A stretch of 27,591 nucleotides of DNA from positions 1 through 27,591 of the IMG/VR virus record IMGVR_UViG_3300030059_000688; one strand, given 5' to 3'. A model generated the notes under the pieces. That model made no database searches and was not told where the DNA came from. It saw only the letters and a program-made list of their open reading frames with translations. The position numbers and the translations under genes were made by a program. Positions 1-9,860 of the stretch are shown here, one piece after another (positions within the stretch are counted from its first letter, which is position 1; every line of letters begins with the position of its first letter). The stretch comes from a virus. Taxonomy: Duplodnaviria > Caudoviricetes.

Positions 1-2
1 TT

Positions 3-167
3 AGTGCAGAAAGTCAAGATGACAATGAATGTGATTTTTTAAGTAATGGCATTAAATTTCGCTCAACTGGTGGTGGAGTTAACACAAATGCACAAACATA
101 CTTTTACATGGCTTTTGCAGAGTCACCATTTGTAAGTAGTAAAGGAACGCCTACAACGGCAAGATAG
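3..167 (+). CDS. C-terminus of tail-fibre-type virion protein (partial, enters from left edge)
   Basis: Own translation SAESQDDNECDFLSNGIKFRSTGGGVNTNAQTYFYMAFAESPFVSSKGTPTTAR*. The DFLSNG...YMAFAExPF ending is typical of marine phage fibre/receptor-binding proteins (recall). Not in ORF track. Confidence 0.7.
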   Translation, partial: SAESQDDNECDFLSNGIKFRSTGGGVNTNAQTYFYMAFAESPFVSSKGTPTTAR

Positions 168-170
168 AAT

Positions 171-563
171 ATGTTATTAGGTCACGGAGCAATAGGTCAG
201 TTTTCAGTAGCGGAAGCACTACCTGGATTTAGTATTAATGCAGGAACTGTAGATGCTATATCAGGAGTAGCCTTAGGCACAGTCAGTGCTGGAACATTAA
301 CTATGATAGGAACAGCACTTGTTAGTCCTACAGGCCCTGGAATTACTTCAACTACGGGTGCAGAAACAGTTACAGCAGGAGCTACCTTCTCTGTTGACGG
401 TAGTCAATTTACTGCTAATATAGGAGATGAAACAGCATTTGGTGAAGCATTTCAAAATTTAATTTCATTCTCTGTAGGATCACCTAACTTTTTCTTATGG
501 AATGAAGTGGATGACACGGCAGATGCTACATGGATTGATGTAGAACCAGGGAGTACAGACTAA
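171..563 (+). CDS. putative virion/tail protein
   Basis: 130 aa, Gly/Ala/Thr-rich beta-type composition with a W-x(8)-W acidic C-terminus; follows the fibre gene; stop overlaps the next ATG. Confidence 0.6.
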   Translation: MLLGHGAIGQFSVAEALPGFSINAGTVDAISGVALGTVSAGTLTMIGTALVSPTGPGITSTTGAETVTAGATFSVDGSQFTANIGDETAFGEAFQNLISFSVGSPNFFLWNEVDDTADATWIDVEPGSTD

Positions 564-1030
564 TGGCAAATGACGCAACAGTAAGTTTATCAGTAACATT
601 ATTACCTGATGAAATAGCTACCACAATTAGTGGTTCAATGACAGTTACCCCTGATGATGTCAATGATAAATGGTATTATAAGAAGACTGCTGTTACTACA
701 ACAAGTGCAGATCTTATAGCAGGTCATTTTTTAGATTATACAGCAGTAGATCAAGATACAGCTCCGACAGCAATAGCTGCAGGAGACAAAGTTAAATTCT
801 TATTTGTTAAAAATACTAGCACTGCGGACGGCATTATGTTATCAATAGATGCAGGAACAGCAGCCAATAATTTAGCTGATGGGATATTTATAGGGCCAAG
901 TCAATCATGGTTTGGAAGATTACCTAACGCAACTGTAGCAGACATCCATGCTATTAGTTCAGACATAGGTGATGCGGGAGATGCAAGTGCTACTTGTATT
1001 GTAGCTGCATTATTGGATGACGTAGGATAG
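563..1030 (+). CDS. hypothetical virion protein
   Basis: 155 aa, TAATG coupling, beta-rich, inside the tail module. Confidence 0.6.
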   Translation: MANDATVSLSVTLLPDEIATTISGSMTVTPDDVNDKWYYKKTAVTTTSADLIAGHFLDYTAVDQDTAPTAIAAGDKVKFLFVKNTSTADGIMLSIDAGTAANNLADGIFIGPSQSWFGRLPNATVADIHAISSDIGDAGDASATCIVAALLDDVG

Positions 1031-1039
1031 GATTAAAAC

Positions 1040-2041
1040 ATGGCATCAACATATTCAAGTTCACTTAATTTAGAAATTCAAGCTACCGGTGAAAACTCTG
1101 GAACTTGGGGTACAATTACAAATAACAATTTACAAAAAGTAGAATCAGGAATTAAAGGTTATGTTTCTGTTGCAATAGCAAGTGCAACTGATGCTTTAAC
1201 AGTTGCTGATGGCACAACTGCAGACGAGCAAAGTAACGCAATTATTAAATTAACAGGAAATTTAGGAGCCAATACTACCATGCAGTGTGAAGCTGTAGAA
1301 ACTTGGTACATAGTTGATAATGCAGCAACTATGGGAACTCATACTTTAGGATTTAAACCTGCAGGGGGCACAGCAACAAATTTAGTAGCAGGATCTAAAC
1401 ATATACTTTATTCAGATGGTTCTACAATGTTTGATGTTTTAGCTGACGCCGGTAATCTTAAGGCTAACGGAACATTAACAGTATCAGGCAACACATCTCT
1501 TGATGGAGGTACTTTTGTATTCAATGAATCAAGTGCTGACGTAGACTTTAGAATTGAAGGTAATGGTGATGCAAACTTATTTTTTACCGACGCGGGTAAT
1601 GATAGAGTAGGTATTAAAACAGCTTCTCCTTCGACAGAACTTCACGTAGTAGGTGGTATTAAAGCTACAGGCGGTATAGATTTTGACGGCGGTGGTTTTA
1701 CCTTTAATGATACAGGTGCTTCTGTAGATTTTAGAGCAGAAACAAACACTTTAGCAAATGCATTTTTTATTGATGGTTCTGCAGATAAAATTGGTTTTGG
1801 AACAAACACCCCTGCTGATGCAAGTGTAGAAATTAATCAAGCAAATACTGCAGGAGCTATAGCTTGTTTATCTTTAGATCAAGATGATGTAGACCAAGAG
1901 TTTATTAAGTTTGATGGTACAAGTGCAAGTGATCAAACAGCAAGTTTGACAACCGCTACAACTGTAGGTGCTTTAACAGGGTATATTCGTGTTAACATTA
2001 ATGGCACTGATTTTTGGGTACCATATTACGCAACTAGCTAG
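1040..2041 (+). CDS. tail-associated fibre/spike-like structural protein
   Basis: RBS AGGA. N-terminus MASTYS...GENSGTWGTITNNN is typical of this phage group. Two internal repeats of DGGxFxFNxxxAxVDFRxE...FFxDxxxDxxGxxTxxP, as in fibre shafts. Confidence 0.7.
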   Translation: MASTYSSSLNLEIQATGENSGTWGTITNNNLQKVESGIKGYVSVAIASATDALTVADGTTADEQSNAIIKLTGNLGANTTMQCEAVETWYIVDNAATMGTHTLGFKPAGGTATNLVAGSKHILYSDGSTMFDVLADAGNLKANGTLTVSGNTSLDGGTFVFNESSADVDFRIEGNGDANLFFTDAGNDRVGIKTASPSTELHVVGGIKATGGIDFDGGGFTFNDTGASVDFRAETNTLANAFFIDGSADKIGFGTNTPADASVEINQANTAGAIACLSLDQDDVDQEFIKFDGTSASDQTASLTTATTVGALTGYIRVNINGTDFWVPYYATS

Positions 2042-2049
2042 GAGCTTAA

Positions 2050-3918
2050 ATGCCTTTAACAAAATTACAATTTGCACCAGGTATTGATAAACAAAATACC
2101 GAATATGGTGCAGAAGGTAAATGGTCAGATTGTGACAACGTAAGATTTCGTTATGGATTGCCTGAAAAAATAGGTGGTTGGTCTAAAATAACACAAGATG
2201 GAATCATTGGAGCAGTAAGAGCTGTTCTAACTTATTCAAGTTTAGATGGCGTTAAATACGCTGTGTATGGAACTAACAAAAAACTATATGCATATTCTGA
2301 AAATAGTTATGCTGACATTTCCCCTATACGTGCCTCGGGCACGGGCAACATTACACAGTTTGCTGTAACTGATGAATCATCTACTGTCATTGTGACAGAC
2401 GCGTCCCATGGGGCGCTCATAGGGGACTTTGTAACGATTGCAACTGTGAGTGCTGCTGTAGGGGGAATAACTCAAGCTAATTTACAAAGAGAGTTTGAGA
2501 TATTAACTGTTCCTAGTACAAATACATATACTATTGAAGCTCCAGCCGCAGGTACTTCAACAGCTGCAGGAGCCACTGCTAATGCTTCTTATCAATTTAA
2601 TACAGGTCCTGCAACTTCCTTACTAGGATATGGTTGGGGCGCAGGTACTTGGGGAGACTCAACTTGGGATGCATCTAGAGAAGGTTTGACAGGCGCTTCT
2701 GGTGTGTTATTGGAAGCAGGAAAATGGTCCTTGGACAACTGGGGAGAAGATGTTCTATCACAACAATTTAATGGTGGATTGTCTTATTGGGATACTTCAG
2801 CTGGTTTATCAAGCAATAGATCATCTGTAACAGAGGTTTCTACAGCTCCTACAAAAACTAGATTAATGTTAGTTTCTGGTGATGATCGTCACGTTATCTG
2901 TTTAGGAACAGAAACAACTATTGGAGAAACATCTACTCAAGATAGTATGTTTATTCGATGGTCTACTCAAGAAAATCAAAATGAATGGACTCCTTCTTCT
3001 GTTAATACTGCAGGTAGTCACAGACTAACAGCAGGTAATCAAATTCAAGCAGCTGTAAGAAGTAGAGGTGCTATTCTTATTTGGACAGATACTGCCTTGT
3101 ATCAAATGCAGTTTATTGGTCCTCCTCTTACTTTTGGTTTTAAACAATTAGGTTCTAATTGTGGTGCTGTAGGATTAAACGCAGCAGTTGATGTAAATGG
3201 TATTGCTTATTGGATGGGCAATGATTCTTTCTTCTTATATGATGGTGCTGTTAAAAAAATACCTTGTAGTGTACAAGACCATGTTTTTGATTCTATTTCA
3301 CCTTCCTCTCTAACAGAAGTTTATTGTGCCTCAAACGCAGACTACAATGAAGTTATGTGGTTTTATGCAGATTCAACTTCTAACGTTATTAATAAACAAG
3401 TTGTGTATAATTATTTAGAAAATTTATGGTATGTAGGGTCTTTGGATAGAACTACATGGAGTAACAGTAGTATTTACTCTGTTCCTTATGCTTCTCAATT
3501 TGTTGCAGGCAGTTCTGCTACATCAACTCCTACTGTTCAAGGTCTTAAAACAGGACGTAGCTTTATCTACGCTCAAGAAACAGGAACTGATGACGATGGT
3601 AGTGCAATGGTAGCTTCTATAGAATCTGGTGATATTGATATAGGAGAAGGAGATAACTTTATGTCTATAAGAAGAATCCTACCTGACTTTAAAAATCAAG
3701 TAGGTAATGTAGATATTACAATGCAAACAAGGCCTTATCCTTCAGCAACTCAAACAACTCATGGTCCTTTTGAAATTACAACTAGTACGACTAAAAAAGA
3801 TACAAGAATCAGAGGAAGACAACTTTCTTTAAAACTTGAAAGTAATGCTACTGGTGAAAATTGGAGATACGGAACATTAAGAGTTGATATGCAACCTGAT
3901 GGAGAAAGAGGTAGCTAA
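2050..3918 (+). CDS. tail nozzle / head-stabilization protein (P22 gp10 / tail tubular protein B-like)
   Basis: 622 aa, RBS GGAG. Motifs NVRFRYGLPEKIGGW, IRWS, EVMWFY, YNY..W, RGRQ and WRYG..R.D..PDG.R; Trp-rich beta-propeller character and position fit a podoviral nozzle. Confidence 0.75.
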   Translation: MPLTKLQFAPGIDKQNTEYGAEGKWSDCDNVRFRYGLPEKIGGWSKITQDGIIGAVRAVLTYSSLDGVKYAVYGTNKKLYAYSENSYADISPIRASGTGNITQFAVTDESSTVIVTDASHGALIGDFVTIATVSAAVGGITQANLQREFEILTVPSTNTYTIEAPAAGTSTAAGATANASYQFNTGPATSLLGYGWGAGTWGDSTWDASREGLTGASGVLLEAGKWSLDNWGEDVLSQQFNGGLSYWDTSAGLSSNRSSVTEVSTAPTKTRLMLVSGDDRHVICLGTETTIGETSTQDSMFIRWSTQENQNEWTPSSVNTAGSHRLTAGNQIQAAVRSRGAILIWTDTALYQMQFIGPPLTFGFKQLGSNCGAVGLNAAVDVNGIAYWMGNDSFFLYDGAVKKIPCSVQDHVFDSISPSSLTEVYCASNADYNEVMWFYADSTSNVINKQVVYNYLENLWYVGSLDRTTWSNSSIYSVPYASQFVAGSSATSTPTVQGLKTGRSFIYAQETGTDDDGSAMVASIESGDIDIGEGDNFMSIRRILPDFKNQVGNVDITMQTRPYPSATQTTHGPFEITTSTTKKDTRIRGRQLSLKLESNATGENWRYGTLRVDMQPDGERGS

Positions 3919-4088
3919 TGGCTAAAATTACAACACCTATATTACCTCAAGCTACTCAAGAATATAATCAATCTCAAATGGCTACTCTTATTCAAACACT
4001 AGAACAAATGATTTTTGTGTTAAACAATACTTATACTTCAGAAACTCTTCGTAATGAAGATGAACAAATTAGTTGGTTTTTTTCTTAG
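3918..4088 (+). CDS. small hypothetical protein (56 aa; not in ORF track)
   Basis: MAKITTPILPQATQEYNQSQMATLIQTLEQMIFVLNNTYTSETLRNEDEQISWFFS*. TAATG overlap upstream, abuts the next ATG. Confidence 0.75.
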   Translation: MAKITTPILPQATQEYNQSQMATLIQTLEQMIFVLNNTYTSETLRNEDEQISWFFS

Positions 4089-4475
4089 ATGGCAAATAAC
4101 TATACAAATTATAAGGTTAATTTATCTACTACAGCGTTGACTTCTATTTATACAGTCCCTACTGCAGCGTCTGCTATTATAAAATCCATTCGTGTGTCTA
4201 ATAAAGACGTAACTAATAACTGTACTGTGTCTTTATCTCTTGTAGATACTGATGGTGTCAGTTATACTTTAGAAACAGATAGAATAGTCAAAGCTAAACA
4301 ATCTCAAGAGCTTTTGTCTACAGGAGTCGTCAATGCTGGATTTGGTTCTACAGATTCTTCTTTTGCCCCTGCAACACCGATAGTGGTGAAAGAATCAGAA
4401 ATTGTAAAAGCTCAAGCTCAAAACGGTGGAGACTTGAGTATTATAATAAGTGTATTAGAAATAACTAATGCTTAA
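4089..4475 (+). CDS. hypothetical virion protein
   Basis: 128 aa beta-rich (IYTVP...AIIKSIRVSN), coupled to the upstream ORF. Confidence 0.65.
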   Translation: MANNYTNYKVNLSTTALTSIYTVPTAASAIIKSIRVSNKDVTNNCTVSLSLVDTDGVSYTLETDRIVKAKQSQELLSTGVVNAGFGSTDSSFAPATPIVVKESEIVKAQAQNGGDLSIIISVLEITNA

Positions 4476-4490
4476 TCAAAGGAGTAAACT

Positions 4491-4697
4491 ATGGATGGAA
4501 TGAAAAAAAAGAAGATGCCTAAAAAAATGATGGGTGGCGGAATGATGGGTGGCGGAATGATGTACAAAGATGGTGGTAAAGCTAAGAAATCTACAAAAGT
4601 AAAAAACAAAAAACTTGCTGCTATGTACGGAGACCCTAAAAAAATAACTAAAGGTGATATTATCACTGCAGCTAAAAAGAAAAAAAAGAAAAAGTAA
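4491..4697 (+). CDS. small basic protein with MMGGG repeat
   Basis: RBS AAGGAG; very Lys-rich; TAATG coupling downstream. Confidence 0.7.
   Translation: MDGMKKKKMPKKMMGGGMMGGGMMYKDGGKAKKSTKVKNKKLAAMYGDPKKITKGDIITAAKKKKKKK
4527..4562 (+). repeat. 15-bp tandem repeat (2.4 copies) encoding MMGGG
   Basis: ATGATGGGTGGCGGA x2 followed by ATGATG. Confidence 0.9.
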
Positions 4698-4969
4698 TGG
4701 CTAAACTTTGTGCAAAAGGAAAGGCGGCAGCCAAACGTAAGTTTGATGTTTATCCTTCTGCATATGCTAATATGTACGCATCTGCTGTTTGTTCTGGTAA
4801 AGTTAAACCAGGAGGAAAAAAGAAAAAAATGGCAGAAGGTGGCGAAGTTGTTGACTTTAATAAAATATCACAAGATAGAAAAAAAGTTTCTAGTTACGGT
4901 CAAGGCGGTATAGCTAAAGGTTGTGGTGCTGTTATGCAAAAGAAACGTAAAAAAACCAAAAAAGCATAA
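4697..4969 (+). CDS. small basic phage protein
   Basis: AKRKFDVYPSAYAN motif is common in phage small basic proteins; coupled on both sides. Confidence 0.75.
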   Translation: MAKLCAKGKAAAKRKFDVYPSAYANMYASAVCSGKVKPGGKKKKMAEGGEVVDFNKISQDRKKVSSYGQGGIAKGCGAVMQKKRKKTKKA

Positions 4970-5235
4970 TGGCTAAAAAAGGATTAAGGTCTTGGGTCAA
5001 AGAAAATTGGGTAGATATAGCCAATAAAAAGTCCGATGGGTCTTTTCCTAAATGTGGTAGAAGTGGTGGCGAAAAAAGAAAAAAGTATCCTAAGTGTGTC
5101 CCTATAGCTAAAGCTAGGGCGATGTCAAAAGGACAAAAAGCAGGAGCAGTAAGAAGAAAACAAGCTAAATCAAACACTGGTCCTACACCATCAAGAGCCG
5201 CAACATTTGCTAAGAAGAGGACAAAAAAAGCGTAA
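4969..5235 (+). CDS. small basic phage protein
   Basis: GLRSWVKENWVDI...CGR...YPKCVP motif; coupled on both sides. Confidence 0.75.
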   Translation: MAKKGLRSWVKENWVDIANKKSDGSFPKCGRSGGEKRKKYPKCVPIAKARAMSKGQKAGAVRRKQAKSNTGPTPSRAATFAKKRTKKA

Positions 5236-5516
5236 TGGCTAAGACAGCAGCATGGCAACGTAAAGAAGGTAAAAGTAAATCTGGCGGTTTAAATCGCAAA
5301 GGTGTTGCTTCTTATCGTGCCGCGAACCCCGGATCAAAACTAAAGACTGCTGTTACAACTAAACCGTCTAAACTGAAAGCAGGTTCAAAAGCTGCTAGTA
5401 GACGTAAGTCTTTTTGTGCTAGAATGACTGGCATGAAGAAAAAACTAACTAGTTCCAAGACTGCAAAAGATCCAAACTCAAGGATTAATAAGTCTTTACG
5501 AAAGTGGAACTGTTAA
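5235..5516 (+). CDS. small basic phage protein (DUF6321-like)
   Basis: AWQRKEGK..GGLN.KG...RRKSFCARM...SRINKSLRKWNC; family name from recall. Confidence 0.75.
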   Translation: MAKTAAWQRKEGKSKSGGLNRKGVASYRAANPGSKLKTAVTTKPSKLKAGSKAASRRKSFCARMTGMKKKLTSSKTAKDPNSRINKSLRKWNC

Positions 5517-5542
5517 AAATTATATTGCAAAAGGAGTAAAAA

Positions 5543-5776
5543 ATGGGTACAAATGAGGATACGATTGTTGTAGCGGGTAAGAAAACACCTGATAATATTA
5601 AGGTTAAATCTACTGAAAAAGTCTACAATGCGCAAACAGGAAACGAATACACAGATGATGCTGAAGCAGAAGCAGACATTCAGAATCCTGCAACTTCCAC
5701 TAGCAAAGACGATATTAAAAAAGATGTCGCAATACAGGTTAATAGCCTAGATATATTTGGAGAGGTCATGAATTAA
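5543..5776 (+). CDS. hypothetical acidic protein
   Basis: RBS AAGGAG; 77 aa. Confidence 0.7.
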   Translation: MGTNEDTIVVAGKKTPDNIKVKSTEKVYNAQTGNEYTDDAEAEADIQNPATSTSKDDIKKDVAIQVNSLDIFGEVMN

Positions 5777-5777
5777 C

Positions 5778-6950
5778 ATGCAGCAGGGACTAGAATCATT
5801 AAAAGACTTTCAAAAGTTTGTTTCTAATATTGGCGGACTAGGTCGATATGAAGATACATATATTGTGCATGCTGCTGAAGGCGAGACAGTTGTTCCAATG
5901 GAAGTTCTTGATCGTAACCCTGTTCTCAAAAAAAGATTATTTAAAAGTATGGTAGATATGGGCATTGATCCCGGTCGTTACATTGTAGGTAACGAACTCA
6001 ACTCTATCAATCCTGTTACAGGACAACCTGAATTTTTCCTAAACAAAATTGTTAAAAGACTTAAGAAAGCAGCTGGAGATATCTCTGGCTATGCAGCACC
6101 TATTGCAGGTGCAATGTTTGGTCCAGGAATAGGTGCCGCAGTAGGTGCTGGACTTGGTGCATTTAAAAGAGAAAACCCTGGTGATCCTAATCAAGCATTA
6201 AATATGGCGCTTCTTGGTGGAGGAACAGGTATTGCATCTAATATTCTTGGTGGAGGTGGACCAGACACAAATTTCTTAACAGGTAAAGGTTTATCTGGGA
6301 GATATGGTACTAAAAATCCATTTGATATAGGAAAACAAATATTAGGAATGGGAGATTTAGAACAAGTGAAAGGTAATCAAAGTTCTAATTTTGGTAATCT
6401 TTTTGATGGTACTGATAATACATCAGTAGATATTGAAACTGCTATGAAAAATTACGCAAAAGAAACAGGTCTGGTTTATGAAGATTTGAGTGATTTAGCT
6501 AGATTACAGCTTAGAAGAGATATTACAAAAGATGCTAAAAAGAAATTACTTGGAGGAATGTCTATTCCTCAAATAGCCTCTCTTTTTGGACTAAGCACCG
6601 CGGCTCTTGGTTTACTAATAGATCAAACAACAGACGACGAGCAACAATCACAAGACTTATCTGTGGCAAGAATAAATGATACTTTAGGTTCAGGATATGC
6701 TGCTCCTGCAACAATAGTACCTGCGGGTTACGCAGCTGCAGCTGATGGTGGACTAATGGATTTAAGAGCTGATGGCGGTATGTCTGAAGGACCGGGAACA
6801 GAGACTTCTGATTCTATTCCTGCTATGCTAAGTGACGGTGAATTTGTAATGACTGCTCAAGCGGTTAGAGGAGCTGGTGGTGGAGATCGCCGAGAAGGAG
6901 CAAAAAGAATGTATGAAATGATGAATCAATTTGAAGGAACGGTAGCATAG
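5778..6950 (+). CDS. putative internal virion / DNA-ejection protein
   Basis: Glycine-zipper hydrophobic segment (GPGIGAAVGAGLGA) and an NPVTGQPEFF motif. The C-terminal GPGTETSDSIPAMLSDGEFV motif is also seen in tape-measure/ejection proteins. Located after the tail nozzle. Confidence 0.6.
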   Translation: MQQGLESLKDFQKFVSNIGGLGRYEDTYIVHAAEGETVVPMEVLDRNPVLKKRLFKSMVDMGIDPGRYIVGNELNSINPVTGQPEFFLNKIVKRLKKAAGDISGYAAPIAGAMFGPGIGAAVGAGLGAFKRENPGDPNQALNMALLGGGTGIASNILGGGGPDTNFLTGKGLSGRYGTKNPFDIGKQILGMGDLEQVKGNQSSNFGNLFDGTDNTSVDIETAMKNYAKETGLVYEDLSDLARLQLRRDITKDAKKKLLGGMSIPQIASLFGLSTAALGLLIDQTTDDEQQSQDLSVARINDTLGSGYAAPATIVPAGYAAAADGGLMDLRADGGMSEGPGTETSDSIPAMLSDGEFVMTAQAVRGAGGGDRREGAKRMYEMMNQFEGTVA

Positions 6951-6951
6951 T

Positions 6952-7929
6952 ATGGCAACACAAGAACAAATAGTATCACAAAAATATCCTGAGTTTTTAA
7001 CAGACAGGCAACAACAATTATTAAATACTTTATTTGGAGTTAAACAAGTTGGTCAAGAAGGGGATGCAGATTATACTGCTCCTGTAACAGGAACTTTAGA
7101 AGCTCCTATGCAAATACCTGGACAAGAGGTGGCTGGTTTTACACCAACTCAACAAGCAGCTTTTAATTTACAAGGTCAAGGACTAGGATCTTATCAACCA
7201 TTTTTACAAGCGGGCCAAGCAGGACAGACCGCGGCTCTCGGAACATTAGGCGCAGGTGTACAGACAATAGGTGGTGCTCAATTTGAACCAACTGCAGATC
7301 GTATGTCTCAGTTCATGGACCCTTATCAAAAGCTCGTTACTAATGAAGCACTAAAAGAAATTGATAGACAATCAGCCATGGCTGGTCAAGGTCTTGCAGC
7401 TCAAGCTAATAAAGTAGGTGCTTTCGGAAATGAAAGATACGCTTTACAAGAATCAGAGTTACAAAGAAATACACAAGATTTAAAATCAAGAAGAATATTT
7501 GAAGACTTATCTAAAAATTATCAACAAGCTCAAGCGGCAAGTCAAGCAGCTAATACACAACGTATTCAAGCAGGATCTGCTTTTGGTCAACTAGGTCAAG
7601 CAACAAGTGGTATTGGTGGTCAAATGGCAGGGTTGGGTAGTCAGCTACAGCAACAACAGGCAACAGATGTTTCTGGTTTATTAGGCATTGGTGGACTACA
7701 ACAACAGTTAGCTCAAAGTTCTTCTAACACAGGTTATCAAAATCAACTCAATGCAATGATGGAGCCTTACAGAAGATTATCATTTGGTTCACAAACACTA
7801 CAACAACTAACACCAGGAATAGGTACAGCAACACAAACTGTAGCTCCAATGCCGACAAGTAATCCTTACTTACAAGCAGCGGGTGCTATTGGTAGTGCTG
7901 GCGTAGGCCTCGGAGCATTGATGGGCTAA
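6952..7929 (+). CDS. putative DNA transfer/ejection protein (Gln/Gly/Ala-rich)
   Basis: Q/A/G-rich helical protein with FMDPY...GAFG motif and a hydrophobic Gly-rich C-terminus, typical of podoviral pilot/ejection proteins. Confidence 0.65.
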   Translation: MATQEQIVSQKYPEFLTDRQQQLLNTLFGVKQVGQEGDADYTAPVTGTLEAPMQIPGQEVAGFTPTQQAAFNLQGQGLGSYQPFLQAGQAGQTAALGTLGAGVQTIGGAQFEPTADRMSQFMDPYQKLVTNEALKEIDRQSAMAGQGLAAQANKVGAFGNERYALQESELQRNTQDLKSRRIFEDLSKNYQQAQAASQAANTQRIQAGSAFGQLGQATSGIGGQMAGLGSQLQQQQATDVSGLLGIGGLQQQLAQSSSNTGYQNQLNAMMEPYRRLSFGSQTLQQLTPGIGTATQTVAPMPTSNPYLQAAGAIGSAGVGLGALMG

Positions 7930-9860
7930 TGAGTGTATTAAACAGAAGATTATTTAATAGAGGTGGACGAGTAATGTCTTCAAGAGGTGTAGGTATTACA
8001 TCTGGTCTAGTCAATCAACCTGTACAAAAGTTTGTGAAAGGTGGAGAAGCATCAAATAGAGTAGATAAATACAATACTATTTTAGATGAGTTACGTTCTA
8101 TGGACGTTGTACAAGAAAGACAACCCTTTAACAAATTTCAAAACGCAGCTCCTGCTGCTTTAGACTTTTTTGGAGGTTTGATGTCCGGTACATCTACGCA
8201 AGGTGGACTAAGTGGAGGATTAGAAATTGCTGGTGAAAGTCTTAAATCTTCAAGTCCTTTATTTGCTCAAGCTTTAAAAAATAAACAAGAGTATGATGCC
8301 ACGGACCCCGAAGCTGCTATAAAAAATTTAGCATTAGGAGAAGCTTTTAAAAAAGATGACCCTAGATATGAGTATAAAGTTTCAGATGGTAATATAATTA
8401 AAATAGATTTATTGGGAAAAGAAGAACCTGTTGTAACACCTTTACCTAGTTCTGACTCACAGGAGCTACAAAATGCACCTACCAATGTTTATGGAGACTT
8501 TTCAAATAACTCTGGTGAAATTTTAGAAAACACTTTAGCTCAACAGTTTACAATGAAAAATGGAGAAACTGTTTACAAAATAGGAGGTGTCGATTATTCA
8601 AATTATACACCTAAAGATCAACCGAAAGATGTAGAAGCTCCTATAATTTATACAAAAAATTTTAAGGATCAAGATAATGTATTACAACAACAAGAATACA
8701 TAAGTATTAATAATGGTGAATTTCAACTACATGGAGATCCTACTCCTCTTTATGAACCAAAAGATGAACCTAAGTGGAAATTATCTACTACAAAAGATCA
8801 AAAAATAATAAAAGGTGGAAAATCTTATACAAAACATTTTGCAGTCTATAATAAAGAAGGTTTTACAGAACCTAAATTAGTAGAAATGTTTGAGTCCGAA
8901 AATACAGATGAAAAAAAACGAGCATCTAGTGGTAATATTGTATTTAAAGATGGTAATAAGATTGGAGAATCCTATGCAGCTATTGAATTCAATGATGGAT
9001 CAGTTTCATATTTTGCTGGAGTAGGAGAACCTAATGCAGATGAAAACGGATTAGTTAAAGCAACAGATGCTTTTGATTTCTTTAGTTCAAACATTACAGC
9101 AGATAGTAAACGTGATTTGTTCGGTGAAAAAGATAAGGAAAAAGCATCAATGCAAATAGCTGAAGCTGCGCAACTTTTAGCAGCAGGCTCACAGTTATTA
9201 AACCAAGTAAATGAGTTGGGGACAAATGTAAATACTTTAAATAGAAGTATTTTAGACCAAGGTGGTAAGTTTTTATCTCAACTTCCTGGAGTTGGTCCAG
9301 GAGCAAAAGAGGCTTTATTTGAATTATTTGACGCTGATCCAATAGCATTACAAAAATTTATTACCAATTCAAGAATATTTGTTGCTCAAAATATTTCTAC
9401 AATAACCGGTGAAGGTTCGAGTAGAGTTTCAGAACCTGAAAGATTTTTAGCAAATCAAGCTTTATCTCTTTTAGAAGCTATGACAGATGGGACAAGTGCG
9501 ACTGCTGCAATTAAAGCTAGTATGGCATCTACTTATATACAATCTCATAGACAACAAATTGTTGCAGGGGTTTTAGATATTAAGTTGAATGAAACTAGTT
9601 TGGGAGGTGAAACTTTTAAACTACCTACTAATGGAAATATAATAAATTCAAATGTAGCTAAATATCATGCAAGTCTTTTAAAAACAAATTACGGTTTTAC
9701 AAATAAGGAAGTAGCTAATCTTTTAACACAAATGTCAATAATGGAAAAGTCAGGCCTCAACAGGTTATCTCAAATTACAGATTCACAAAGTATGTACTAT
9801 AAAAATAATAAAGATGCTATTCAAAAACAATTTTTTGTACTTTCAGGAAAAGGAAATTAA
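7929..9860 (+). CDS. putative large ejection/internal virion protein
   Basis: 643 aa, coupled; third gene of an ejection-type series; no catalytic motif recognised. Confidence 0.55.
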   Translation: MSVLNRRLFNRGGRVMSSRGVGITSGLVNQPVQKFVKGGEASNRVDKYNTILDELRSMDVVQERQPFNKFQNAAPAALDFFGGLMSGTSTQGGLSGGLEIAGESLKSSSPLFAQALKNKQEYDATDPEAAIKNLALGEAFKKDDPRYEYKVSDGNIIKIDLLGKEEPVVTPLPSSDSQELQNAPTNVYGDFSNNSGEILENTLAQQFTMKNGETVYKIGGVDYSNYTPKDQPKDVEAPIIYTKNFKDQDNVLQQQEYISINNGEFQLHGDPTPLYEPKDEPKWKLSTTKDQKIIKGGKSYTKHFAVYNKEGFTEPKLVEMFESENTDEKKRASSGNIVFKDGNKIGESYAAIEFNDGSVSYFAGVGEPNADENGLVKATDAFDFFSSNITADSKRDLFGEKDKEKASMQIAEAAQLLAAGSQLLNQVNELGTNVNTLNRSILDQGGKFLSQLPGVGPGAKEALFELFDADPIALQKFITNSRIFVAQNISTITGEGSSRVSEPERFLANQALSLLEAMTDGTSATAAIKASMASTYIQSHRQQIVAGVLDIKLNETSLGGETFKLPTNGNIINSNVAKYHASLLKTNYGFTNKEVANLLTQMSIMEKSGLNRLSQITDSQSMYYKNNKDAIQKQFFVLSGKGN

